A stretch of DNA of 64,000 nucleotides from Mobula hypostoma (Eukaryota): the NCBI RefSeq assembly GCF_963921235.1, contig NC_086108.1:58282001-58346000 (forward strand), in the 5' to 3' direction. The notes beneath the pieces were generated by a model that saw nothing but the letters and a program-made list of their open reading frames with translations, did no database searches and was not told the origin of the DNA. Each line of letters begins with the position of its first letter. Positions within the stretch are counted from its first letter, which is position 1. A program made the translations under genes and the position numbers. Below, one piece after another: positions 40,001-53,578 of the stretch.

Positions 40001-43000
40001 CCCGATAGTAATAGGCGATAATCGTTCTAGGTATTTGTGTCTGGGAGGCACTATCGTAGTACACATTTTTACATTTGTTATATTATTAAATGAGTCAAGC
40101 CTAGTTATAAAACGGCCTTAAAGCACAATTTGTATAACAAGCTGGTGAGGCTAAATGGCCTGCTCATTTCCAGTTTTAAAATGGGGTCGATGAGAATTGT
40201 ACAGGGGCAAATGAGAAAGGGAAAAATGCGAGTAATTTAACATTGTTGAAAAGCCAACGGTGATGGAATTAATTGTTAACTTTAGCAGAAAATTGAAATT
40301 TCAGAAAGGAGTTTAGAAAATGTATGAAATCATTTGAACCATCAACGCAATGGACATTAAAAAAGTCAGAAACCATGCACTTCAATTCGTTGAGCATGTA
40401 TACAATTCAACATTAATAGAGTTAGTAAAGTAGATATGTTTAATGCAATATCAAATTTTTAAAGTTCTAAGTTACATAGAAAATGCTGAAGTCTCTGTAA
40501 TATGGCTAATTTCTCAGCTATTGAATTGTTGGAGAAGAGTCACCTATGTCATTTAAAAGAAATACTTATGGATTCTGTTTGCATTTCTGAGGAATTGCAC
40601 TCATTGCTAAGCCTACAACACTGACATGTAGGTATAGTTAAAGATTTAGGAGCTTGTGCCTTAATGTGCTGTAAAATCTGGTTAAAAGTGCAGAGAATTA
40701 GTAAATGTCATTCTTGTATAAGACTGTGTGTTACGGAATTTCATTTTTAACTGGAGATTAACATTTCGTATCCATTATATCAGTGGATTTAAATCTTAAC
40801 AAGTCTGCACTTTATCTTTTTAAATTCTAGTATTTTTGTAGTATTATTTGATGCTGATTGCAGAAAAATACTTGTAATTAGTTTTTAATGTCCAGATTAT
40901 TCTAATTTAGTTAATTTGTATAGTTGGCAGTTACAACATAAATTGCTATAGCTGTTTTCTGAGAATTTTTGTTAGAATCAAATGCTGTACCAGATTCCAC
41001 AAGAGCGTTCTTCCAAGATTAAAGAATAAAAAAAATCATGGTAATGATTAAATGACATTTACTTTGTTTTGAGGTCCTGACTGAGTAGGGAATTGAAGTA
41101 AATCTTTGTCAACAGGGGAACTGAAACATCCCTATTAGATGTTGAATGACTTTGAATATTCCGTTGGTTGCCAGAGTAAAAATAAGTTTACAGAACAAGC
41201 TAGAAAATCACAACATTGAAAAAAGTATTCTGTATTCCATATCAAACCAAAGATTTAGATCTTCATTACATTCTAATACTTCAGATTATTATTTGTAATT
41301 GCCTCTCTTTGAAGTAACTGTGTACACATTTTACTAAGTTTTTGTGTGGCACACAGTGTCTACATTCTTGTATCCTGTTCTCACAGTTTTTTTTGACTTT
41401 ATTTCTTCAATATTTGCAATATAAAAGTACCTTGTATCAATTGATGATGAAAATTTATATGTAAACAATTGCCTGTCAGTGTAAGCAGGCTTCCCACCAC
41501 TGGTGGAGCTGTGGTACGAATTGCCCAGGTCTGCTTTCCATTTTCTTCCTCGTCAGGTAAGTTTTGTTTTTAATTTGATCTATTATTATTGCATTTTATA
41601 TTTCTGTTGCCATGTCTTTTTGCAACTTTGTTTCCCAAACTACACCTCTCCTTCATCTAGGGCAGCCTGTTCATTGCAAAGCTTTGCCACCTCCTGGATG
41701 ACCGACACACATTCCTGGCAATCTTGCTTGAATTTCTGCATCTGTTGTTCATTATTCTCACATTCTATGATTTGGATTCTGATATTTCACTTTTTAGACT
41801 TTCACTCTTCATTCTTCCATCCCAATTGCTTCATCTATGGTCTGTTTGTATTTTGCTACATGTCCATGTACAAATTGTTTTTCTGTCCGCATTATTTAGG
41901 TTCTAACAATCTACTATTTTAAAAAATCTTATCAGTAAATCTATATGCTTCCTGCAGTGCAACCCTCCCCCTTATATCATAAACTTGTATGCATTAAATA
42001 TCAATACTGAACTATTTTTAAAATATATCCGTACTGTTTCACTGTTTACCTACATCACTGCGCTTGTGTTTCAGTAGCCATTCCTTGACTCTTGTAGAGC
42101 TAAGAGGGCAGCCCAAGATATTAAAGGCACCATAACGATGCAATTTCCTTTACATTGTAACCTAATAAATGATATGCAGAATAGCTAACAGTTCGCTGGC
42201 ATCTGCTGTAAGCATTTGTTTTATGCAAGTAAAATTCATATAGTTTTTAAGAATTGAATTTGATACACATTTTAATTCAAATCTCATGAAATTAGTAAAA
42301 TGTTTAAAAACTAAGTTTTTATTTACATTTAGCTGCTCCAAAAGAAAATTGATAATTTAGTGTGAACTAATGAAATAATCATTTGTTCTTTTGCCTTATC
42401 GATCAAAAGTACGACCACTTGTGATTCAGCTTAACAAAATTAATACATCATCTGAGTAATTAATTTACAATATTTTAACTTTTTTATAAAGGCAATATAC
42501 AATTACTTGGAATGCATTGCAAATCTGTATATTCTTGTAAATAAAAGGCGTGCTTTAATCAAAGAATGCAGCCACATCCAAATATTCTTACAGTTCTCCC
42601 TAAATTTGCCATATGGAAATCTTCAGGCCTAATATGACCTAATTTTTTGTGAGTAGTTTAAGAAACATTTTTGCTTACTCTGGTTTTAAAATGTAACACT
42701 CATGAAGTATGGTTAATATGCTGTAATAGAGCAGGGAGCAAAACAACAAACTGCTGAAGGAACTCAGTGAATCAGGCAGCACCTGTGAAGCTGTCTGACC
42801 CATTGAATTTTTTTTTCAGCTGTTTGTCTTCTTGTGAATTCCGTACTGAGAATGTGTCAGGTTTATGTGCATTTAAAGTAAATGGGTGATAGAATGTCAG
42901 TTAAAACATTTTAAAAGCTGTGTATAGTAAATCTGAAAAAAAAATAGTAAATGCTAAATATAGTACACCAGATAGTATCTGTGGAAGGAGGAATAGTTAA

Positions 43001-45208
43001 TCTGCAAGTTTGATTATAGGGCATGCAACATGAAATGATAGCTGTTTCACCTTCCATAATTGCCAACTGGTGTGCTGAGTATTTATAAAAATAAGTATTG
43101 ATGGAAAGGGAATTTAAAATACAAAATAGATTATTTTCATGAAGAGTTGTAAATAGTTCTTGTGGAACAGTATTTCCTTGTTGCTCTTATCAACAGTGTA
43201 CCGCTGGATTTTTACAATTAAATTCCAATGTAAGCCCCCAATTGTTGGTTTTTATTTTAATACATGACCCAATGATTCACCCAGTGGGCTTGAGTTGAGT
43301 AGCTAGGCTGCATAGGGAATGGCTGCTGCTCTTATTTGGGCATTCAATAATAATAGCAGTTTTCAGTAGCCCTTTCCCATCTCTCCCTTCCGCGGTTATC
43401 CTGCAGTTTTCATTCCTCTGTTCCATTTCAAACAGTTAGAATTTGGATTCCCAAAATCTGGATGATGCACATACTGCTGCCCAGCGATGGAATGGTGGTT
43501 TGACTTTGCTTATGTATAACCAGCTTGAGTTAGAGAAAATACTGCTCTTTTTAAATCCAGCTTGATTCAAAGTTAATAAACATCAGTGTCCCACCAGCAC
43601 TGGATTATGTCTCCAGTTATCTGGTGTTTGTTGATCTCTTTGGATGCCCACAATTTTTGTGATCTATATATTGTAATCATTACAGATAGACTGACTGCCA
43701 TTTTAAACTCACTATTGCAATTCTTTTTTAAAGACCTTATTGAGTTGGATTCGATAGTAACTGATTTCTAACATTTTGAAGGATGTTATAGTGTTCCAAA
43801 AAGAATCACCTAGTTTTAGAGCTGACACCAAAGTTTAAGAATTGAAGTCATTTCCCTAGTTCTCCCTCCCTTCCACCCTTGATCTTGTTGGCAACCAGGG
43901 AAATGTTAAGTTTATACTAAAGGGATAAGGGAATTTTTGGAGCATTGCTTCTATACCCAGGTATCATTTTTTTTTTAAAAAAAAAGTCCTTTTCTGCAGG
44001 TATATATTTTTTCATTAAACATCTTTGTGTGTGGGCAGGAGGCGCTTGTTGATGAGATTCTCATTAATTTTCCCTACAGTAACTGTAGATAGGGAAGACA
44101 TGAAAAAGATGATGCACAGAAAGCCAACAAAGATGAAAATCAAAAATCAGAAGGGAAACACAGAGGCTAAGAACCAGATTTGTGGTCCACTTATTTTACT
44201 GAATTACTGTTTCTGCATTGATTATCATATTTTTTTGAATTAAAAGAATCTTTTGACCTTGATTATGCATGTAGTCAGGTTTTGTAATATTAGGGGGCTG
44301 AAGAGTTGTGCGCACTACAGAATGAGGATGCAGTTCTAAAAGCTTCAAATATAGTTAACTTCCTGTTTTAGTTACAACTCGCTTGTATCTAATTTTTAAT
44401 GTACTCTGAAAGGAGCTGTCAGTTATATTTTGGTCAAAAAAGATTGGTTAGAAAGTTATTTAGCACTTGTTAGTGCTGAAGTAGCCAGTATCTTACAGTT
44501 GCTTCGAGATGGGCATATTTTCAATAGACTGCTGAACACAAGGAAAACCATTCCTTTGTGCTTCCTGTACAATGGATTTTTAAAATTCCCTCTCTAATTA
44601 ATTTTTGAATTGCCTATTGTTTAAATGCTAATGTAACATTCTTTTATAATTGTACTCAAAAGCCAATTGCATTTCTACTGCGATGAAATTCTGTAGTTAA
44701 AATGGTGACAAATTTTGCTTGGTTTTATTTTATGTGCCCCTGTGTGCATGATTACTGATATTAATGATCAATTCTTGTGCTTTTTAAAAATTTTGATTTA
44801 AGGAATGGGTAAAACCCAAGTATTGGTTTCTTAGTAATGAGCTGGAATGGTGCTGTAATTTTTGTTCTCTTTCACCCCCGCCCCCCCCGCCCACAGTTAT
44901 CCTGCAGGTTTAGAATTATTTTCCTGAATTTGATCTACGACAAAGTTAAGGTGATGCTCTGTAAATAAAAAATTGATCGAATAGACTTTGTTTTCCTTTC
45001 TGCCCTTGTTATGTGTACTTAGTGTGCTTTGGCAGGTTATGGGAAAACTAATCTTTTTTCAACTAGCCCACAATGAAACAGTTTATATTTATTACCTGGT
45101 ATGGTTAATATTGCAAGATTTACTTGTAGCACTTGTCACTTCACTTACTTTTTTAAGAAGCTGTAATGTGAAGTCAACATTGGTTCAACCATATTTTTCT
45201 TTTCTCAG

Positions 45209-45342
45209 TGAATCACCATTACCAGTGACGTCTCGCGTGTGTTTCGTAAAGTTTCATGATCCTGACGCTGTGGGAGTAGCGCAGCATTTGACAAACACGG
45301 TCTTCATTGACAGAGCATTGATAGTTGTACCTTACACAGAAG
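45209..45342 (+). CDS. SRSF11: SRSF11 coding exon 2 (ESPLPVTSRVCFVKFHDPDAVGVAQHLTNTVFIDRALIVVPYTE)
   Basis: tttctcag acceptor, gtttgt donor, 134 nt. Rest of the RRM, within ORF 44988..45404. Confidence 0.96.
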
Positions 45343-48300
45343 GTTTGTGTTTTATTGCTTGGGGGTTTTGGCCCTTTATGTCAATTAAAATATTTCTGAG
45401 TTAATTCCATTGAATCTGCATGATAAACGTCATTGATATATTAACCCTTGGTATACTGTGGAAATGTAGACTGTTAAAGCTGCAGTGTATTTTCAGAAGT
45501 TTTCAGGGAAGTTGTCTACCTTATTTCTTTCATTAGACTATTTTTAGGGGAATTAATATAGTATCATGGCTAAATTCATTTATAATAGGACCAATATGGT
45601 TCTGGGGTGGGGTTATATTTAATTTTGCATTGTTTAAATTTTTTTAAATAAGTAATATCAACAGTAAGGAGTTTCATAAACCAAAGGCACAAAAGTGCAC
45701 GTATTTAATTTGTAAACAGTACCAGTGAACAATACACAATGAACTAGTACATGAAGATAAACACCTTGCAATAATGTTGAATAATCGCTTCAAAGTAATT
45801 TCAATTTCCTTACAGTCATCCTTTTTAATGAGTACTTTAGTAACATAGTTGTAAAGCATTTTTTAAATACACTGCAGTATTAATCTTTAAATGGCTGTGA
45901 ATTCAACATAATTCTTTTTCAAACCGTGTCGTAAAGATTGGCAGTAGTATCAATCTGTTGAAAGCAAATTATGCCATGAACACCCAATTAACAATGGAAT
46001 GATAGTTCCTTATTATTTTTTGGAATTGTACTTGTTTGCAGAAATAAATACGCATCTATAGAAGTATATATTAATGCAGTATACCAAGGATTTTTAATGA
46101 GGGAGGGTGGGGGTTTAGTTTAAAGTTTTTTTTTAAAGTTGGTTAATCCAGCTTTTTGTGTACTTTAGCAATGATGGAGTTTTTTTTAGCAACCACATTG
46201 TTTCATTAAAAAAACCAGACCATCATCCAAAATAATAAATTCTTCTCTCTGTTATCTGTGTGTGTGATTTTTATAGTGGAGAAGGCAATTGCAGAGCCCC
46301 TTCCCCGATGACTGAAAAAGTTGGTCCTCTGCAGCGACAGAGGATTCTAGGCAATTTACAAAAGGCCAGCAAGCATAAGAGTCCCCATGTGTTGTCCTGT
46401 TGTAAACATTTGTTCTTGTTAACTACCTTTTTCTTCACTATTTCTATATTTCTAGGCTTTGATGTTATCCAGTTTAAATTTAATGAAGGAAAGGATTCAG
46501 CAGATTTAAGAGAGCAGGCTAAAGGAGAAATTTATTTGAAAGGGATAATATATAGAGTAGGTAATTTTGGCTCATTCTGGTTTCATTTGTAGGGGTCTGG
46601 AAGGTGATTGATAACAATTTCATTTACGAATCAAATTACACGCTAGGAATGGCAACACAAAGCTGTGTATGTCAAAGTGGCTTGCTTTGTAATATTCACA
46701 ATCACATATTATAGAGCACTGAGTCATACTTTAAAATTTTCTCTCAAGGCTCCAGACAAGTTGGTCCTTTCAACTGAATGCTCAACTATTTTAATTTTTG
46801 AATATTTATTGCATATGAAAGCCAGAAATGCTTTACAGATGTATGCAGCTTACATGTGAAGAATTTGATACATTAAGCCAATTTTATTCCAAAGCAAATT
46901 ACTTGGGATGAAAGCATTTCTGTTCTAATGAAGTTCATTAAAAAGCTTTTGAAAATTTTATATAACTGAGAAATCTGAATACCATTTACTGTTGAACACA
47001 ACATGATCTTAACTTTTCTGGAGTACTATGCAGAGACATTGTTTGCATGTTTTAATTTCTGTGTGATTGTTATTTGTACTGTAATGGAGATTTTAATTAA
47101 GCACAAACAAGAAACACGGTAAGCAAATAATACATGCAATAATTTGCTGAGCTTGAGAAAGGACTTACAGCATGTCGGAACTCTGTTTACTGATAGATAG
47201 TGGTTGTCAGTTGTCTTTCATTCTTTAGCCTATTTTCCTTTTCCCCCTTTTCTTTGTTCTTTCCCTCTTGTCAAATTACTCTTTCATCTGAGTATGAACA
47301 CCAAAGGTACAAATGAACTGCATAATTTTATGAAATCATTTAAAAGATGAGCCTTTAGTTATGACAGTTGGTAGCATCGCAGCAATGTAAACAACCCAGA
47401 TAACGCTATGCTAAGTGCATTCTGTTAATTTTATCAGCACCGCTCAGTACAGAAAGTGGAACCATTGCCTTTGTTTAACAGTGGTTTTTCTTTTTTTGTT
47501 GTTGTGTTTTACAGTTCTTTTCCCTGGTTCAGCCAGACCTATTTACCAGGCCCTGCTGAAAATACCACCCAACAGTTTTGCCTTCTGCAGCTTATCCAGT
47601 TTCTCTTAAGTGTCCTTTACTTGTTGTATGTTTTCTTGCTGAGGTGCCACACAGTATCTTATACATGCAGTGCTGATTACTGTTATCTGTAAAGGATAGA
47701 AATGCAGTTGGTGTGTATATATATTTACAGAATGTCACTCTTGATTATGGGGCATTGGGGCACAGTGGCAACTTGATATCTAGTAACATTGCAAAAAAAT
47801 TGGTTCACTTGCACAAAAAGTAGCATTTAATATATAATGAGCAGTATGTTTCAGCTTGTTCATGAATTTCTCCTGTCTAATGGTAAGTTCTAAACAAGTC
47901 ATAGTGAACTTTTTCATGATTTTGGTCCCTAAATCATAAACTTTTTTTTGTCTTGTGTATCTTGATTTTTCTGTGTGCTTTATAGTGAAGCAGCCGACAC
48001 GAGTCGCTTGTTCATAAAACATCTTTTGAAAAGTTGAGAGCACAACCCCTGGAGAACCGACTGTGCTTGCTTACGTTTGGTTCATGACTAAAAAATCGAG
48101 TACAGGTGATAATATCTTGGCAGTGTTACAAAAAAAAGTAGTGTGTATTGTGATATTTATTTATTTATTACTATAGTATGTACTGATTTGTAGATTCAGG
48201 GAAAAATCAAATTTTGCATCTATGACATTTCATTCTAAAGTTTAAAGGCTTCAGTTGTAATTACTTAAACATAAATCTATTTTGGCAAGATTATAAGTGT

Positions 48301-48414
48301 ACTTTCTACAAGCTAAGGTGCTGAAAACAGCGAGACCATGTTTTTCTAGGTGTATGTATGTGTTCTCGCAACTTCACAGAGTTTGTTCTAATGCAGATTT
48401 GAATTTTTCTACAG

Positions 48415-48524
48415 GAGTCATTCCTGATGAATCTAAGGCTTTGTCTCTGTTGGCACCAGCTAATGCAGTGGCAGGTTTGCTGCCCGGAGGTGGACTTTTG
48501 CCCACACCAAATCCTCTTACGTCA
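48415..48524 (+). CDS. SRSF11: SRSF11 coding exon 3 (VIPDESKALSLLAPANAVAGLLPGGGLLPTPNPLTS)
   Basis: ctacag acceptor, gtgagt donor, 110 nt. Confidence 0.96.
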
Positions 48525-50043
48525 GTGAGTAAGCTTCAATTTAAACTTTTTTGAGTCTGTTTATTATGAGCTGCTGTTGTTTATATGTAAATGGGATTTG
48601 CTGGCTGCTTCAAAAATTGTCAAATATTAATCACTGTTGTATACAGAATATTGGCCTCTTTTGAAGTGCAAAATATTGTGATTGCCTTAGTTCAGATAAA
48701 CGATATTAGTATTTGAGGTCATAGTTGTCAATTAATCACAAGAAATAGCTTGGATTACTTTCTTCGGTCCCGTAGAAGGGTCGTGGCCCAAAATATCAAC
48801 TGTGTATTCTTTTCCATAAATGCTGCCTGACCTGTTGAGTTCCTCCAACATGCTGTGTGTGCTGCTTTGGATGTCCTGTTATTTAGAGGAATAAATTTTG
48901 AAAGCTGGTCTGTAGAGTATTGTGAACAAGCTGAGTTGGAAATAGATCATTAGATAGATTTGCAAATGCATTCGACAGTGGATTATGTAAAATGGCAAAG
49001 TTGCAAAAGGTCTGATTTTGCTTGAAGTAATTGCAAGGGATTTGAATACATGGTTAACTAGTGATCATTTTCTGCATTGGTTTTGCATTCAAATTGCATG
49101 ATACTAATTTCTGATGAAGGCAGAGGGGTTGCTTGTCGACAAAAATTGAGTTAAAAGTAATGTGTCAGAGATAAACTGCGGGAACAGAAATTGTAATGAT
49201 ATATATGTGACTGAATAAAGTGAAATTGAGTGGGAGGTGGCCAGTGGTGGAAGAAATGGAAAATAGTATAAAATATGTTGAGGGATGGTAGTATTCTAAG
49301 ATGAAGTTTCAAGAAATATGGACATGAATTGGGGAGAAGTCAGTATGATTGAAGATGTTGGAGAAGAAAGGAGTGTTAGAGCAGTTATTTACAAGAGTGA
49401 CATGCAGTTAAGTATTTTTGTGTTGTGTTGGTGATTTGGAGACAATTTTAACATTAAAGTATAATGTATTAATTTGTTGAAAGTAATTTGAAATGAGAAA
49501 TTAATAGCAGGTTAAAATTGCTATACACTGAACTGTTATCGAACATTTTAAATTTTATTTTAACACCAGAATATTGTTTTCCGTAGTAACATTGAAAAAT
49601 ACCAACTTTCAAAGAATATAATTAATACTTGTTAAAAGAGGTTTTTGGAAACTGCCATTTGTCAGTATTGATTTGTAATATCTGTACCAAGTTTATTTTG
49701 ACTGTTAAAATTGCTATTGGTATTAATTTTGCATTTGCATTAACCTTTATTGGTGTTGATTTGCTTTAGAAGCAAGGCATTATGTATAGACATCTGGAAT
49801 GGTGAAGGAGTTAAGGTTGAATTCAGCCACATGAATGAAGGCCCTATATTTGACTTTAATTTGATCAATTGAGAACAGAAGTAACTTGAACATGGCCCAC
49901 TATTAGCAAATAACAGTAAAACACAAAATACTGAATTTTGCAGGTGTTGTCTAAATGTAGATCCACGTGTTTAAAACAAGGCCATTTTCATATTTTTACT
50001 TACACATAAATAGTTCCTTCTGACATTCGTTTCTTTTAACCAG

Positions 50044-50145
50044 CTCAGCGGTGTTCCTTTGGCTGCTACTCTTGGGAATGTTAATCCTGGCTTGGACCCT
50101 GCCCTTGCTGCACTTGGATTGCCAGGAGCAAATTTAAATTCACAG
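50044..50145 (+). CDS. SRSF11: SRSF11 coding exon 4 (LSGVPLAATLGNVNPGLDPALAALGLPGANLNSQ)
   Basis: ttttaaccag acceptor, gtaaaa donor, 102 nt. LDPALAALGLPGANLNSQ motif. Confidence 0.93.
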
Positions 50146-51449
50146 GTAAAATTATGTCATAACTGTGATGGAATGAATACTGAATTGGTTGTTACCAGTT
50201 GACTTCATATCGTGAACTGATTGATGCTTACAAGTTTCACAAGTTTACTTATTTGATTTTGTAATGTTCCTGTAAAAGCTATGTAGTGACTGATCAAAGC
50301 CACTGGAGAGGACTGAAGCTGGTGATATAGAACTCTTCATTCATCAAAATGAGCAGGCATTCTCATGAAAACACTCAGTAGAGGCTCACAAATCCAGAAG
50401 TATATCTCATTTTTATATTTTTTAAGATCAAAGTTAACAGTAGGTGATCCAATATAACTTCAATAGCTATAATGATATTGTTAACTTCAATTCTTAGGGT
50501 TGACAAATGGTTCCTTTGAGGTACAAATTTACAGTGGTAGCACATTTTAAATGATAAGGCACTTCTGAACGTTCAAGTGACTTGGGGAGAAAATAATTAG
50601 CACGGATATTGTAAAAACGAGAGCCAGATGAAACCCTTAGTTGCCTGGATTCATGTAGGCCAATTAACACAACCCCATTGTCTTAACATTTGGCTGATAC
50701 GTATTCAGAGGTCTCCTGGTCACCATTTTGCAAACCATATCTCTTACAGATGGTATTGTTTATTTGCAAAGGTGTACTTTTAACTTCAATTAACTGCTTA
50801 CAATTAGGAGACTGGTTCTTGTTTGAATTAATATCTGCAATATTCACACAACTCCAGAATACTCCCTAACAAGCTGTCACTGCTTTTATTTGGAGTCTTT
50901 TCAGAGTAGAGTTGTTTGCCATTCTTGCAAACCTCCTGTGTCACATGTCCGAAGATCTTTCTGTGCTGCCAGGCTCACCACAGAGTTGTGCAGACCAGCA
51001 GTATTTCTCGTGGCAGTGGGAGGTCCTTACCATTCTGCAAATTGGTATTGATGCACTTAGTGGGAACTTCTTGTCTTTTGGGAGATGTTGTAAAGGATCC
51101 ATTTGAAAGAAATACTATCCTGCAGACATTGTGCTCCTTTATGACCTAAATTTTGTTTCCTATTCAGCAATTTTTCTTTTGTTACAGGCTTATTCTGTTG
51201 TCTTGATATCTGGACTTTAGATGTATTGAGCAACATGTTTATTTTGTTCAAGTTAGTTGCTTTTCTCACTATAACACTGTATCCCCAAATAGTCACAATG
51301 GTATTTGAAAAAATAATAGGAGGGAGTATTACAGGTTTCCGAGATCTGCAGGTTATGGAAGAGAGAAACTAGCCCAACTCTTTGTATGTTAATTGTTCCC
51401 ATTAGGAAATGAAGGAAAAGTTAATGATATTTGGCGGAACACACCAAAT

Positions 51450-51658
51450 GTTGTTGTTGTTCCTCTCCGTGCCTTATGGTGCATTGGGCGGCAACCTTGC
51501 CATTTCTTTCAGCACTTGTCTGTTTTTAATGAGGCAAGAGTTGCTAGCTGGACGCTCAACCCAGCACGGATAGAAAGCATGCAAAGAGCCGGCCAGATTT
51601 GAACCAGGGAACACTCGTCTCGAAATTCAGTGCAAATGCCACTACCCCACCGGCTAGC
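51450..51658 (-). mobile_element. tRNA-derived SINE with (AAC)n tail
   Basis: Minus strand: A-box-like TGGGGTAGTGG, B-box GGTTCAAATC, tail GAGAGGAACAACAACAAC. Confidence 0.75.
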
Positions 51659-52482
51659 TATACCGGTTATGGCAACAATTTAATGTTAAATTTTAAAAAT
51701 CTTTAATATATTTATAAAGGTTTGATAGATACTGCATATGCATTCTGACTTGAAAAAAGCACACTGGGGTGTTAAAGGAAATGTGGGTAAATGCATGTTC
51801 AGAGTGGCTTACGGCCTTGTACTGGTGCTTCAGGGCTACTTCGGACGAAGAGGGAGATAGAGGAAACCTTTAAAAGGGTTTGCATGTAGGGAAGAACTGG
51901 AAGCAGGCAACTTAGTAGATAACTTCAAGTTTGCTTTCTTAATGTATTTTCTAAAACAGAAGTAGCATTAAAATATACTGTAAATTAGTATTATTTGTAA
52001 TAGACAAGTCAAAAAGCACTTAAAATAAGTAAAGAAAGCTTAGAATATTTAGATGAGCAGTATGTAATGTTTCATTTTTTATTTGCAACTTAAGCCCCAT
52101 ATTTTAAAATTAACAAAATAATTTTGCCAGAAATGTGTAATCTTTGAATATGTATGAATTAAGCTGTAGTTGTCAGGCAGAATTTGAAATCTTTCTTCAT
52201 TTTCAGTTTTTCTTTGTGAAACAGTTTGTATTCTGGAAAGCTTGTAAAGTATATATGCCTGCCCTTCAATGTAAATGTAGAGACATTGGGAAGTGCTGAA
52301 TTTTTGTTTGGAGGAATAAATATTTATAAATTTTTTTAAATAAGCTTTCCATACTTTGCATTTGTGGAGACAGAATTTCTTAAGTTCTACAGTGACAAAA
52401 TGTAAACACTATATTTATCCCTAGAGTACACAGTAAATCTCACTTTCATTGCAATGAGGTAATGCTTATTATATCCCTTTAG

Positions 52483-52529
52483 GTCACAGCAGATCAGCTT
52501 TTAAAACTCATCACTCAAGTTGATCCAAA
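52483..52529 (+). CDS. SRSF11: SRSF11 coding exon 5 (VTADQLLKLITQVDPK)
   Basis: ccctttag acceptor, gtaagt donor, 47 nt. ADQLLKL..VDPK motif. Confidence 0.92.
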
Positions 52530-52554
52530 GTAAGTTGTATCATTTTGCACCAAT

Positions 52555-53578
52555 TAGAAAGAAAGTGTTGTAGCAATTATATATAATATAATTATGAATT
52601 TATGTTCTGATGCTTCTAATAAAATTAAAGCTGACTGGGAAAGAGAAGTTAAGATTATTATACCGATAGAAAAATGGGAAAAAATTCTTCAATTGGTTAA
52701 TTTATCCTCTGTATGTGCTAAACATGTGTTGATACAGTTTAAAGTAGTGCAGAGGGCTCATATGTCCAAAGATAAACTATCTTGTTATTATTCTTATATT
52801 AATCCAATATGTGATAGATGTCATTTCAAGATAGCTTCTTTAACTCACATGTTTTGGTCATGTCCCTTGCTGGAAAAATATTGGAAAGATATTTTTCAAC
52901 GGTCTTGAATCCATCCAATTACTGCTATCTTTGGATTACCAATGATAGATTCAAATTATCTAACCTCTTCATCACGTAGGATGATTGCGTTTCTTACTTT
53001 AATGGCTAGAAGATCTATTCTGCTGAATTGGAAAGAGATTAACCCTCCTGTATTTCATTGGTTTTCACAAATTATGGTGTGTTTGAATTTGGAAAAAATT
53101 AGAAGTGCGGTTTATGACCCTTTCATTAAATTTGAAAAAACTTGGAGGCCATTCATTCAGCATTTTCATTTGATGTAATTTGATCATTTCCAAACTTGTT
53201 TTATCTCTCTGTACTGTTGGTTGAGGGGAATGGAGTCGTCGACACTAAGGTTTTCTTCTTTCCCATTTTTAAGTTGTTAGTATTGCCCAAGTCTTTTAGT
53301 TTAGTTGACTAATTCTGTTTAGTTCATTTTTTTGGGGGATGGGGTTTGTTTTTTTTTTCTATTTTTTTCCTCTTCATGATTTTTTTTCCAGTTTTTTTTT
53401 TGCTTTGTATTATTCATTGCTCTTTTTACATGATTGGGAGCTTTGTTAATTTATACTATTTGGTCTTAGAATTACTTATTTTAAGTGTAACAATGTATCT
53501 CCTACTATTTGTATTATTGCTATGTTTTGTTTCTATTTTATAAAATTAATAAAAAGATTGAAAAAGAAAGAAAGAAAG
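52555..53578 (+). mobile_element. L1-clade LINE 3' fragment (CCHC zinc region, 3'UTR, AATAAA, (GAAA)n tail)
   Basis: ORF 52594..52908 CDRC..ASLTHMFWSCP..YW and ORF 52942..53178 FEKTWRPF. AATAAA at 53548. Confidence 0.85.

Noticed and set aside
51590..51658. tRNA gene
   Set aside because: A and B boxes are present but there is no clean cloverleaf, and it continues into a SINE body and (AAC)n tail.
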